Assembly (NCBI GenBank): GCA_039815185.1
Contig: JBCBZT010000023.1
Coordinates: forward strand, 55,672 to 119,671
DNA length: 64,000 nt
Direction of reading: 5' to 3'
DNA from: Cyanobacteria bacterium P01_A01_bin.123
GTDB taxonomy: Bacteria; Cyanobacteriota; Cyanobacteriia; Phormidesmidales; Phormidesmidaceae
Positions within the stretch are counted from its first letter, which is position 1, and each line of letters starts with the position of its first letter. The notes beneath the pieces are model-generated. The model was given only the letters and a program-made list of their open reading frames with translations, was not told where the DNA came from and did not search any database. Of the stretch, positions 49,804 to 59,849 are shown in pieces. The position numbers were made by a program, and so were the translations under genes.

Positions 49804-50532
49804 ATGAATACACTTAGCGGAAAAACCGTTGTCATCGTTGGGGGCAGTAGTGGGATGGGGCTTGGTGCTGCCCAAGTTGCAGCAATGTCTGGAGCCCATG
49901 TTGTGATTACCAGCAGCACAGCATCCAAGCTAGATGCAGCCCTCGCAACCCTCCAGCCTACTGAGGGGACTGTCAAGGCTGAAGTGATTGATGTCTTGAG
50001 TGAAACATCAGTTCGAGATTGCTTTATGCGAATTGGTTCGCTCGATCACCTGTTTATTACAGCCTCACCCGGATCGACAGGCAAGTTTCTCGATCAATCC
50101 GTTGAAGCTGCAAAAAGCTACATGGAGGGTAAATATTGGAGTACCTATCGGGTGACTTATCACGCGATTCCCCATATGCCTGAAGAAAGCTCGATTACCT
50201 TCTTATCAGGCGGACTGGCGATTAGACCTAGTCCAGGAACAACAGTTGTTTCTTCTGCGTTTGCCGCCGTTGAAGCCCTAGCTAAAGCCCTTGCTGTTGA
50301 ACTATCGCCTCGCCGCTTTAATACCATTCGTCCAGGGACTATCGCGACGGATTTATGGTCATTTAAATCAGAAGAAGAACGTCAGGAATTCTATAAAAAG
50401 GAGGCCGCATCTGTTCCGGTTCAACGCATGGGTCAGCCTACAGATATTGGCCAGGCTGCGGTGTTTTTGATGACGAATTCGTTTGTGACGGGCACGGTGT
50501 TAGAAGTGAATGGGGGATGGCATCTAAGCTGA
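49804..50532 (+). CDS. Atypical SDR oxidoreductase, paralog of the preceding gene
   Basis: GGSSGMG, LAVELSPRRFNTIRPG; no YxxxK. Confidence 0.88.
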   Translation: MNTLSGKTVVIVGGSSGMGLGAAQVAAMSGAHVVITSSTASKLDAALATLQPTEGTVKAEVIDVLSETSVRDCFMRIGSLDHLFITASPGSTGKFLDQSVEAAKSYMEGKYWSTYRVTYHAIPHMPEESSITFLSGGLAIRPSPGTTVVSSAFAAVEALAKALAVELSPRRFNTIRPGTIATDLWSFKSEEERQEFYKKEAASVPVQRMGQPTDIGQAAVFLMTNSFVTGTVLEVNGGWHLS

Positions 50533-50631
50533 CCGATCGACAACACGTTCGAGAGCCTATTACTTCAACGCCTGTTTCCCTTGCCTGTGCCTCAATCATG
50601 ATAGTTTCCAACATTTCAGGAGATCAAAACT

Positions 50632-51330
50632 ATGGCAGCTCTCTCTACCCGGGTCTTGATAACTGGGGGTAATCGTGGCATTGGCTTCGCGATCGCCCAA
50701 GGGCTGTTAGCAAAAGGCTACGAAGTTATCATCACCGCTCGTTCCCTGGAGAAAGCCCAGCAAGCAGCTAAAAAACTAGGGGGATCAGTGACTCCTCTTG
50801 AGTTGGATGTCAGCGACTATCACGCCATCGATCAGGCCGTCAAAATCCTCACCCAAAATATCGATCGCTTAGATGTTTTGATTAACAACGCTGGCGTTTA
50901 TTCGGACAGCAATGTCGACATCTTGACGATTCCCCGCAGCATGCTGGACACAGCCATGCAAACCAACACATTTGGCGTGATTCGCATGGTGCAAGCCTGT
51001 TTACCCCTGTTAGAAAAATCTCAGGATGCCAGAATCATTAATGTTTCAAGCGGTATGGGAGCACTCGACGGTTTGACCGCCACCGCACCCAGCTATTGCC
51101 TATCAAAGCTGGCGCTGAACGGTGCAACGATTATGCTGGCGCAGTCGCTACAACCTAAAGGCATTGCTGTGAATGCGATGTGTCCGGGTTGGGTGCAAAC
51201 AGACATGGGCGGAGCATCTGCCCCGCGATCGCCCGAACAAGGTGCTGATACCGCCATTTGGCTGGCAACAGCAGCCCCCCGCCATGAGACCGGAAAATTT
51301 TGGCGAGACCGTGCAGCGATCTCATTCTAG
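50632..51330 (+). CDS. SDR, carbonyl-reductase-like
   Basis: TGGNRGIG, NNAG, YCLSK, CPGWVQTDMGG. Confidence 0.92.
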   Translation: MAALSTRVLITGGNRGIGFAIAQGLLAKGYEVIITARSLEKAQQAAKKLGGSVTPLELDVSDYHAIDQAVKILTQNIDRLDVLINNAGVYSDSNVDILTIPRSMLDTAMQTNTFGVIRMVQACLPLLEKSQDARIINVSSGMGALDGLTATAPSYCLSKLALNGATIMLAQSLQPKGIAVNAMCPGWVQTDMGGASAPRSPEQGADTAIWLATAAPRHETGKFWRDRAAISF

Positions 51331-51348
51331 GATTGAAAATTCAGGGAT

Positions 51349-51410
51349 GGTGGGTAGGGACGCGTTCGCGGAGCGTATCCACAGGATTCTTAATCGCGTC
51401 CCTACCCACC
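51349..51410. repeat. GTAG-type REP-like palindrome containing a nested 21-nt two-hairpin element
   Basis: 16-bp arms GGTGGGTAGGGACGCG / CGCGTCCCTACCCACC between convergent genes; insert at 51365-51385. Confidence 0.75.
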
Positions 51411-52780
51411 TACCTTTCAGAACCCGCTTGCTCAACGACCAATCCCACTGCGGGTTGCTGATAACAGGTCCGCCGATTCCACCAATAGGCCCCTAACCCT
51501 ACCGCGAAATTAGAGACCAGCGCCGCCACAAAGATGCCCGTCGGCCCAGCGACACGACTGCCAATGTACGCCAGGGGGATGTAGAGCACAAACATGCGGG
51601 CAACCGTCATCACAATCGACGGTACGGGTTTACCCATGGCATTAAATGCAGAATTGGCAACTTGAATAATGCCTGCCGCACCGTAGCTGATCGGCACCAA
51701 CCAGAGATATTGAACGGAGACGGCAATCACCTCTAGATCCTGGTTAAAAATTGCCGATAGCGATCGCGCCCCGAGACCTAACGCGATCGCCAATAATAGT
51801 CCTGAACTCACACAGAAGAGAAAACTCTGATTCAGCGCTAGCCGTACCCGCCCAAACTGGTGCGCCCCCCAATTTTGCCCCACAAACGGGCCAATACTAG
51901 CTGAAAGCGCCATCACGGCGATTAAGGCAAATGATTCTACCCGCGAGGCCACACCAAAACCCGCTACCGCTGCCGCCCCATGTACCGCTAAAAAGCTGGT
52001 AATCACCCCAATGGAAATCGGCGTGATCATGCTGGAGGCAGCAGCGGGCAAACCGACGGTTAAAATGTCTCGCCAACAAAAGAGAGTTTCCTCCAAATCG
52101 GGCACATGCATAGACAACAGATTTTCTTTGAAGTGGAGGACGAGTAGCGCAGCGACTAGCGTGGTGCCTCGGGCAATCACGGTTGCTAGCGCAGCCCCTT
52201 GTAGCTCAAGCCGTGGAAATCCCAGTGCTCCATTAATCAGCAGCGGATCTAAGATGATATTGATGCCCGCTGCCAGCGTCATGATGATGCTAGGTGTTAA
52301 CGTGTTGCCCGCGGCCCGAATGGCGCTGTTGCCCACCATGGGCACCACCAAAAACACCATGCCGAAATACCAAATCCGCATGTAGTCTTTCACAAACGGC
52401 ATCACCTCTGGCCCCGCCCCCAGTGCTTGGAACAGCGGATCAATGGTCACAAGGCCTAGAGCGACAAAGATCATCACCGCCGTCAGTGCCAGCGTCAGGC
52501 TATTAGTCGTGAACCTTTGTACTCGGCTCATATCGCCTTCGCCGATGGCTCGGGCAATCACCGATGATGCACCAACGCCCAATCCCATCGCCAAACTCCC
52601 CAGCGTCATCACCACCGGAAACGTAAAGCTCATAGCGGCAAGCTGGGCCGTGCCAAGCTGACCGACAAAATAGGTGTCAACTAGGTTGAACGCAATAATG
52701 GCAAACACGCCCCACACCATTGGCAGTGTGAGCTTAATCAGCTGAGAGCCCACAGGCCCTTCGGTTAGTCTGCGTTGCAT
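51410..52780 (-). CDS. MATE-family efflux transporter
   Basis: LTEGPV..L..LTLPM, DTYFVGQLG, RAAGNT..P, GQNWGA. Confidence 0.93.
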   Translation of the reverse strand: MQRRLTEGPVGSQLIKLTLPMVWGVFAIIAFNLVDTYFVGQLGTAQLAAMSFTFPVVMTLGSLAMGLGVGASSVIARAIGEGDMSRVQRFTTNSLTLALTAVMIFVALGLVTIDPLFQALGAGPEVMPFVKDYMRIWYFGMVFLVVPMVGNSAIRAAGNTLTPSIIMTLAAGINIILDPLLINGALGFPRLELQGAALATVIARGTTLVAALLVLHFKENLLSMHVPDLEETLFCWRDILTVGLPAAASSMITPISIGVITSFLAVHGAAAVAGFGVASRVESFALIAVMALSASIGPFVGQNWGAHQFGRVRLALNQSFLFCVSSGLLLAIALGLGARSLSAIFNQDLEVIAVSVQYLWLVPISYGAAGIIQVANSAFNAMGKPVPSIVMTVARMFVLYIPLAYIGSRVAGPTGIFVAALVSNFAVGLGAYWWNRRTCYQQPAVGLVVEQAGSER

Positions 52781-53129
52781 GAATTAGGGCCTTTGATGTT
52801 ACTTATTAGTCTAGGGCAGGTGCGTTGTTTTTGAGGGGACTCCCGTTTGCCTGTGCAGAAACGTCTACGACAGTGGTTGAAACTCAAAACTTCCGTTTAA
52901 CAGCAGATCCAGTTGATTATCAAGATCTTGACTCCCAAACCGTTATACCCCACGGGGAAGCCTTCTCACTGTCTTTTTACGACTTTGACCCAAGTTGGGA
53001 GCAATATATCCGAACGGTAGAGGATCCCAGGGATTAGAGTTGCTGGATGGGTATTAGTATTGTGATCTGTGGAGCAACAGCAGTGTGAAATTTAGGAGAC
53101 CTATTCGGAGTACCTGAAGTTTATATTCC

Positions 53130-53381
53130 CTATTTTTTAGCCATTTTTAAGAGCACGCTGATAGAGAATATGCTTCCGCCAGCAATTAGCAAGTTCGTTC
53201 CCTTATCCTTAAAGAAGGCTGAGGTGTTTTGTTGCGATTGATACTTGAGTTTTTGGCTCTTTGGCATTTGATCATAGTCTTGAAAAGGAATTAGAAATGG
53301 GTCTGTGACGAACCCATATCCAAATGTAAGTAATCCACCTGAAAATAATACTGCGCCGATAATAATTGCACGAGTCATCAT
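53130..53381 (-). CDS. Small two-TM hypothetical protein
   Basis: 83 aa, two hydrophobic ends, IPFQD; AT-rich. Confidence 0.5.
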   Translation of the reverse strand: MMTRAIIIGAVLFSGGLLTFGYGFVTDPFLIPFQDYDQMPKSQKLKYQSQQNTSAFFKDKGTNLLIAGGSIFSISVLLKMAKK

Positions 53382-53508
53382 GGTATGTCTAAAGGTGAAG
53401 AGGATGGCAATGCTTTAAGCACACACTTTTATAGATAGGGATAAATTGTCGGATACTCATGATGTGTCTGGCGTCAATACTTAACTGAGATTAGGTTTCG
53501 TTAGTCTT

Positions 53509-54147
53509 TTAACGCTTTCTTTTATGAGTCGTTTTTATGTTTCCGGTCTTTAAATTATAAATCAAAACCTTTGAGTCGCTTCGCTCAGTTGGTTCTACAG
53601 TGATGCTAGAAATCTCAAGGAGATCGCCATCTTGTATTAGGGTTGACCTGTCAAAATAACCTTCATTGATCTCAAAAATTTCTTTCATAAGTGGTATCCC
53701 CTCCTTATGGATATAGATACGCCCACCCGCAATAATCCCGTCACGACATCCTGTAGTCATTAAGTAAACTGTTTTTTCATAGCGAGGAAATTCAACTGCT
53801 TCAAAGTCTTCACTACAATAAAAGCCTGTAAAATGCTTTAGCGTAATTGCCCCAAACAAAACGAATAGAATTAGAGCGGCTAAAGCTAATCCACCTATTA
53901 AAAGCGAGAGTGAGGCTGCGATTTCTATTTTGGTTTTGCCGCTTCTTGATCTCCAGATCGACTTAGAAAATCTATAAAATATGAAGGCAACTAAGAGAAT
54001 ATTTAATAACCACAAACTCCATTGAAATTGCTCGAAAGTATCTTTCAAAGATGGCAGCACAGTCCATGCAAAAGACTGGAGAAATATAAGCTGCGTCAGT
54101 AAGATCACAGTGACTGTAAAAAATCGGAGTATGTGTTGAATTCTCAT
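53509..54147 (-). CDS. Hypothetical membrane protein
   Basis: 212 aa, three TM plus soluble C-terminus; AT-rich. Confidence 0.6.
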   Translation of the reverse strand: MRIQHILRFFTVTVILLTQLIFLQSFAWTVLPSLKDTFEQFQWSLWLLNILLVAFIFYRFSKSIWRSRSGKTKIEIAASLSLLIGGLALAALILFVLFGAITLKHFTGFYCSEDFEAVEFPRYEKTVYLMTTGCRDGIIAGGRIYIHKEGIPLMKEIFEINEGYFDRSTLIQDGDLLEISSITVEPTERSDSKVLIYNLKTGNIKTTHKRKR

Positions 54148-54362
54148 GCTACTAGGAGACTTCAGTGAAGCATTAATTCCGTCATGGGATACTGGCAGAT
54201 ATATCCCATGGCAAAGAACTTATTCACCCCTTTGGGGCTGTTTGAGAAATATCAACTGTAGGTGAAGCGGGGTCGTCACATTAATCGTTCCCTAGTTCGC
54301 TTCCGGCTCAAGGTAAGATTAGGCTATCTCAAACACCGACTCACTGAACTGGGACTCAGCCT

Positions 54363-55007
54363 ATGGAAACTGACAATACCCCCTCCATCGAACATCAGAA
54401 TGTTCCGGCTGCCCATCAAGGCCTCCACAATTTTCTGTACAGTTCTGATGATGAACACACGTCCGAGACTGCCGCGATCGCCCTTGAGAATGATGGGACT
54501 GAGGTGGTGCCAGTGGCAGAGTGGCGATCGCGTTCGAGCCAGGTCAAAGTCGCGGGGGTGTATGCGGTTTTAGATGGCGATCGCGACGTCCAATATGTTG
54601 GCTACTCACGGGATGTCAGCCGTTCTTTGGCAGGCCATATTGCCCAACAGGGAACAGAACGCTGTGTATTTATCCGAGTTCAGACCTTTCAATTCCCGAA
54701 GCGTCAAGCGATGGAAGCCTTGCGGGATGAGTGGATTGCCGCCAACGACCAGGTGCCACCGGGTAATCAAGCAGGCCAAGACACTTGGGCCAGTAGCATT
54801 GGTGAAGCAGCCCGAGCAACCATGACCGCAGCTGAGCGTAATGCCTATGAAGACAAAAAGCTGAAGTTACGCAAAGCCATGGCCGACACCACACTCACCG
54901 CTGAATTAGAGCAGCCTGACGCCCAAAATGAGGTAGAAGCCGAACGTCGCCGCAAGCTAGAAGCGGCGGTAGAGAATGATGACTGGAGTGCAGTCGTTGA
55001 GTCTTGA
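54363..55007 (+). CDS. GIY-YIG-like domain protein
   Basis: AGVYAV...QYVGYSR..., PPGN. Confidence 0.8.
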   Translation: METDNTPSIEHQNVPAAHQGLHNFLYSSDDEHTSETAAIALENDGTEVVPVAEWRSRSSQVKVAGVYAVLDGDRDVQYVGYSRDVSRSLAGHIAQQGTERCVFIRVQTFQFPKRQAMEALRDEWIAANDQVPPGNQAGQDTWASSIGEAARATMTAAERNAYEDKKLKLRKAMADTTLTAELEQPDAQNEVEAERRRKLEAAVENDDWSAVVES

Positions 55008-55122
55008 CCCCATGATTGGCTAGCGCATTCTCGGAACGCCTTAAATGAGCGATCGCCTGACGATGGGAACGCGATTCCTCGCTGCCAGTGATCAACGGTT
55101 ACCGGGAGCTCGATGCTCACGT

Positions 55123-56787
55123 CTATTGTTCACCCCCAGATCGTTGAAGTAGATCTACTACAGCTTGCCTCGCTTCAGGATATACGTCTCGAAACTCCGG
55201 ATCCCAGCCTAGATTTTCAGCTTCATAGAGTGGGGTGTGACCGTCTTCATCAACCGCATTGACATCGGCACCACGCTCAATCAAGAGCTGGGCAATGTCT
55301 AGATTGCGATGAATTGCAGCGATGTGCAAAGGGGTATATCCGTCGTCATCAACAGCATTGATGTCAGCTCCTTCAGCCAGAAAAAGTGTTGCAATGTTTG
55401 GAGAACTGAACTGGCCTGTACGGTGCAGGGGGGTATGACCGTCTTCATCAACCGCATTGACATCGGCCCCCTGTTCAATCAAGAGTTGAGCAGTGTCTAG
55501 ATTGCGATGAATTGCAGCGATGTGCAGAGGGGTATATCCATCGTCATCGACGGCGTTGATATCAGTTCCTTCAGCCAGAAGAAGTGCTGCAACGTTTGGA
55601 GAATCGAACATTCCTGCATCATGCAGGAATGTTTGACCCCCTCTATCGCGGAGATTAATGTCGCTACCCTTGGCGATAGAGAGTTGCGCCAACTCAAGCG
55701 AGTCGGCCCCAATTGCTTGATCCATCAAGGATGATTGATGGAATGATGTATGGCGCGTTCGTGAAGACAATGCTGAATAACCTCTGAAACAATTAATCTC
55801 TGGTGCGAGCGTCTGAGTATCAGCGCCCTGAGCTAAGAACCATGCAATCAACTCTGACTTCAGAGGATTCGAGTCACAGATGGCAAATTCTAGGGGTGTC
55901 CGTCCTAACTCGTCTTTAGCATTCAAATCGGCACCATTGACGAGCAATATCTCACCTGCTGCTGGACCACGCAGGTAATGCAAGGGGGTTTGTCCATTCT
56001 GATTACGGGCATTTGCTTCAATACCTTGAGCCAAGGCAAACTCGGTGAATACGGGATGATTCACCCATGCGGCCGCATGGAGAAGGGGGATATCACAACT
56101 GTTCGATGTCGGCTTAATGGCCTCTAAATCTGCACCACTATCTATGAGATAACTGACGAAATCAGGACTTGCGCTTCCTTTACAAAGCGCTGTTTCTAAG
56201 ACGCTCTTTCCTTGGCGATCGCGAGCATTGATATCTGCCCCATTGGCAATCAGTCGCGCCCCAACTTCACTTGCCCGTCCTGTTGGCACAGGCAATTGCG
56301 TGGCCAGTACATGAAGCAAGGTTTCACCACTATCATTTTGGATATTGACATCAGCCCCATACTCAATCAGCAGATCCAGCATTGCCGAATTGACTATATT
56401 TGGAAACGTGTTTAGGTAATGTAAAAGCGGCGTAGAGATATTACAATCTGCTGCAACTTCAAGGGCCTTTTCTGAGCCTTCTGAGTAAACATCGCAAAAC
56501 GTCATATTTGGATCAATACCCCGCTGCAAATAAGCTTCAACGGCATCTTTATTTTGAGCGCGAATCGCATCTAAAAATCCTTCTGGAACGAGTCCTGAAC
56601 GACTCAATTGCGAATAGTCTTCAAGTGAATCGATTGATTGAGTTTCTGCCACTGAAGCGGATTCTGCTGACTCTTGGCTCGTCCAACGTGGGTTTGCAGA
56701 TTTGAAATAATACAGCAGTGTTCCTGTGGTAATTGCCAACAGTCCTACTCCGATTAACCCTTTCCATTGAGTTTGTAATTGACGCAT
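55123..56787 (-). CDS. Membrane-anchored or exported ankyrin repeat protein
   Basis: N-terminal hydrophobic segment; many GADVN/G.TPLH repeats. Confidence 0.9.
   Translation of the reverse strand: MRQLQTQWKGLIGVGLLAITTGTLLYYFKSANPRWTSQESAESASVAETQSIDSLEDYSQLSRSGLVPEGFLDAIRAQNKDAVEAYLQRGIDPNMTFCDVYSEGSEKALEVAADCNISTPLLHYLNTFPNIVNSAMLDLLIEYGADVNIQNDSGETLLHVLATQLPVPTGRASEVGARLIANGADINARDRQGKSVLETALCKGSASPDFVSYLIDSGADLEAIKPTSNSCDIPLLHAAAWVNHPVFTEFALAQGIEANARNQNGQTPLHYLRGPAAGEILLVNGADLNAKDELGRTPLEFAICDSNPLKSELIAWFLAQGADTQTLAPEINCFRGYSALSSRTRHTSFHQSSLMDQAIGADSLELAQLSIAKGSDINLRDRGGQTFLHDAGMFDSPNVAALLLAEGTDINAVDDDGYTPLHIAAIHRNLDTAQLLIEQGADVNAVDEDGHTPLHRTGQFSSPNIATLFLAEGADINAVDDDGYTPLHIAAIHRNLDIAQLLIERGADVNAVDEDGHTPLYEAENLGWDPEFRDVYPEARQAVVDLLQRSGGEQ
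55232..55603. repeat. 198-bp-period tandem duplication within the ankyrin gene
   Basis: GACCGTCTTCATCAACCGCATTGACATCGGC at 55239 and 55437, with long near-identity after. Confidence 0.9.
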
Positions 56788-56995
56788 TGCCGGGAATCCC
56801 TTGATCAGTCAGCAATGCTTGACTACGATGAAAGGCGGCTACATTTCTGAAATCTCACAAAAATAAATCAAATACACAAGTGTTGCTGGCGGGCAGCATC
56901 ATACTGGGGTTGGCAAGCGCAATCTTTGTATATTCTGCAACAGCTAATACATCCTGTAGAACTTCGATTAGATAATGTATCTTCTCTAAATCCGT

Positions 56996-57418
56996 TTAGA
57001 GTTTTCTCATTTTGAGAGCACTATTTTGACGGCGAAATATAGTTTCAATCCCCAAATTCACAGCATCATGAATTCTCTCAACATGGTTGAGGAGGGTATT
57101 TTCTGGCAGTGCTTTTAGTGCGAAATATCGACATTCACGAGACTCATTTGTTACAGAGAGCTGTCCACCAACGGCACGGCAAATAAAGCTGAAGACTAAC
57201 TCATCTTTATCGGGTTTGCCGTAAACGCCAATTAGCCGTTCCACGACCGCCTCCAAACCCGTTTCTTCCTTGACTTCTCGGATAACCCCTTCGGTCGGGA
57301 GTTCGCCACTTTCGACACCGCCACCGGGTAAATTCCAGGCGTCAAAGTCTGTCCGATGGCACAAGAGCACACGATCTTGTGCATCGAAAATGATGGCAAA
57401 TGCACCAATTTTGAACAT
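56996..57418 (-). CDS. NUDIX hydrolase
   Basis: Nudix box PGGGVESGELPTEGVIREVKEETG; GGAGAG RBS. Confidence 0.92.
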   Translation of the reverse strand: MFKIGAFAIIFDAQDRVLLCHRTDFDAWNLPGGGVESGELPTEGVIREVKEETGLEAVVERLIGVYGKPDKDELVFSFICRAVGGQLSVTNESRECRYFALKALPENTLLNHVERIHDAVNLGIETIFRRQNSALKMRKL

Positions 57419-57511
57419 TAGGACTCTCCGTAGGGGAAGCAGCGCTTCGGGAATTATACGGGTCAACGGTGATGCTTTAGTGGGCGGCTGATAAACACAT
57501 GTTGAAAACGC

Positions 57512-59611
57512 ATGGCTGACTCACAGAATTCACAACCAGACTTAAAGCAGCAGGCTCGTAGTCATCAAACACCGCCTGAGATTTTGAGGGCCTTAGCTAG
57601 TCGGAGTCCAAACTTAGCCCAAGAGGTTGCCTTAAATCCCCACGCACCTATCGATCTGCTACTTCAATTTGGGGAAAGTCGTAATTTCTACATTCGCAGG
57701 AACGCCGCTGCTAATCCGGCAATGCCCGTAGATGTGCTGGTCAAGCTAGCTGAAGACACCACCCGTCCCCCCCGATCCCATCCCTTCTGGGACGATGATG
57801 ATGAAGAAACGATCCAAGAAGTGGCGGCTGGTAATCCCAGCCTGCCCCTAGATGTATTGGTGCAATTAGCTAAGCAAGTACCTTATGCCGTTACTTACAA
57901 TCCCAGTACGCCTGCTTTTTTGCTTGAGCAGTTGGCTCAAAGGCGTCATTTGGCCAGTGCCGTAGCCCGCCATCCTAATGCGCCAGATACGTTGGTGGTG
58001 CAGTTAGCTGCCCATCGTGATTTGCATGTCCGTTGGGCAGTTGCGAGGCGATCGCCCCTTGACCCAAGCCTGATGACCCAGCTTGCGGCTGATCCCATGC
58101 GCCAGATTCGGGCCGAGATTGCCAAGAGAACCGATCTCTCACCCCCATTACTCACGCAACTGACTCTCGATCCCAATACTTTCGTCCGTCAGCAGCTGGC
58201 TCAAAATCCACTCATGTCGGCTGAACTACTTGGGCAATTGGCAAAAGATGAGCAGGAACGGGTGCAATGCGAAGTTGCTCGCCATCCCAATACACCCATT
58301 CCCACGCTGGAGGGGTTTGCTCAACTCGGCAATCGACGTCTTCAGATTGCCTTAGCCCGTAACCCCAAAGCACCGCTTTCCATCCTAGAACCGCTGGCAA
58401 CCCATGCGGATGATTACGTCCGCGTTTGCGTCTCGAAAAACCCCAACACCCCTGACGGCTTGCGGCATCTTGCTGAAACCTTTGACCCAGATAATCCCAC
58501 GAATGTGTTGCGCCAGGGGATCCGCTTTGAAACCCTAGCTGACATTGAGCAGGGGTTGAAATCGGGCACCCTTGCAACCCAGCTTGTGGCGCTAGAGGCT
58601 GCGCTGGGGTCAGGGGAGCACGGCTATCAAATCGCGAGACAAGCGTTGCAACAACAAGGGCTCCAACTGCAGGTTGCAGCCTATGGTTTGTTTGGACCAA
58701 CCCATTTAGACTTAGCTCCCAACAGACTGTTTGAGGACTGTTTTGAGTCGTTTATCTTTGAAGTCGTGACGATTGATCGCCAAGGCCAGATCAATCATCG
58801 TCATCTGGGGCAAGCCGCTCACTTCCGCGAAGCTTTGCATCTGCCAAATATCAAAGCTCCCCTTGCACAAGCTCTCCCGTTAGACTTGGTGGCAATTCCG
58901 GGGGGGACATTTTCGATGGGATCTCCTGAGACAGAACTGAAGCGATCGCGCCACCGTGAAAAAACACCTGAATCCATAACGCTACGGCCCTTTTTTATCA
59001 GCCGCTATCCCATTACCCAAGCCCAATGGCGCACGGTAGCGCAATTTCCCAAAATTAACAGAAACCTCAAGACAGACCCCGCCAAATTTAAAGGTGCCCG
59101 ACGTCCAGTAGAGCAGGTGTCGTGGTTGGAGGCAGTTGAATTTTGCGATCGCCTTGCTAAAGCCACAGACCGCCCCTATCGATTGCCCACAGAAGCGGAA
59201 TGGGAATATGTCTGTCGGGCGGGAACAACAACCCCATTTCACTGGGGAGAAACAATCACACCTCACTTAGCCAACTACTGTGCCACAGTGGCCTATGACT
59301 TAGGCCCCAAAGGACCATGGCGACAGTGCACCACAGCGGTCGATGAATTCGGGATAGCCAATGCCTTTGGGCTGTCAGATATGCATGGCAATGTGTTGGA
59401 GTGGTGTGAAAGTTTATGGCATGAAAAACCCAAGCTGTCTCGTCAACGTCGCCTCAAGGAAAAGTCAGCTCGTGTTTTGCGAGGGGGGTCTTGGTTTAGT
59501 AATCCAGGCAGTTGCCGCTCAGCCAGTCGAGGGAAGAGCGAGGCCTACTCACAGGCCCATACCATCGGCTTTCGAGTGGTGTGTGCCCATTCCTCATTTC
59601 GGGAATCTTGA
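57512..59611 (+). CDS. HEAT/LRV-repeat protein with C-terminal FGE-sulfatase (CLec-fold) domain
   Basis: Repeated VA.NP..P...L..LA; IPGGTFSMGSP, RLPTEAEWEY, DMHGNVLEWC, RGGSW, GFRVV. Confidence 0.9.
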   Translation: MADSQNSQPDLKQQARSHQTPPEILRALASRSPNLAQEVALNPHAPIDLLLQFGESRNFYIRRNAAANPAMPVDVLVKLAEDTTRPPRSHPFWDDDDEETIQEVAAGNPSLPLDVLVQLAKQVPYAVTYNPSTPAFLLEQLAQRRHLASAVARHPNAPDTLVVQLAAHRDLHVRWAVARRSPLDPSLMTQLAADPMRQIRAEIAKRTDLSPPLLTQLTLDPNTFVRQQLAQNPLMSAELLGQLAKDEQERVQCEVARHPNTPIPTLEGFAQLGNRRLQIALARNPKAPLSILEPLATHADDYVRVCVSKNPNTPDGLRHLAETFDPDNPTNVLRQGIRFETLADIEQGLKSGTLATQLVALEAALGSGEHGYQIARQALQQQGLQLQVAAYGLFGPTHLDLAPNRLFEDCFESFIFEVVTIDRQGQINHRHLGQAAHFREALHLPNIKAPLAQALPLDLVAIPGGTFSMGSPETELKRSRHREKTPESITLRPFFISRYPITQAQWRTVAQFPKINRNLKTDPAKFKGARRPVEQVSWLEAVEFCDRLAKATDRPYRLPTEAEWEYVCRAGTTTPFHWGETITPHLANYCATVAYDLGPKGPWRQCTTAVDEFGIANAFGLSDMHGNVLEWCESLWHEKPKLSRQRRLKEKSARVLRGGSWFSNPGSCRSASRGKSEAYSQAHTIGFRVVCAHSSFRES

Positions 59612-59654
59612 GTCCAAAAGACGTATCTAAGAATGCTGTAAGACGGGTTGGCCC

Positions 59655-59840
59655 ATGCTCACACGTACCCCCCGGCTACTTTCTGATCGGTGGATTCGAA
59701 GCGGCATCACTGTACTCGTCGCTGCGATCGCCACCCTGCTGCTCTCCTCGCTCAGTATGTATCCTTCCACTTCAAGCTCATCAGGCGGCGGCTCTTTTGG
59801 CGGTGGTAGCCCATCAGGCGGTGATAGCGGTAGCTGGTAA
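59655..59840 (+). CDS. Small TM + Gly/Ser-tail ORF, possible remnant of a TPM/YgcG-type gene
   Basis: One TM then SSSSGGGSFGGGSPSGGDSGSW*. Confidence 0.4.
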   Translation: MLTRTPRLLSDRWIRSGITVLVAAIATLLLSSLSMYPSTSSSSGGGSFGGGSPSGGDSGSW

Positions 59841-59849
59841 AAGGCATTA

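Noticed and set aside
54363..55007. Homing endonuclease or mobile intron
   Set aside because: Host-like composition with HIP1 sites, no intron or interrupted host gene; resembles a conserved stand-alone cyanobacterial protein
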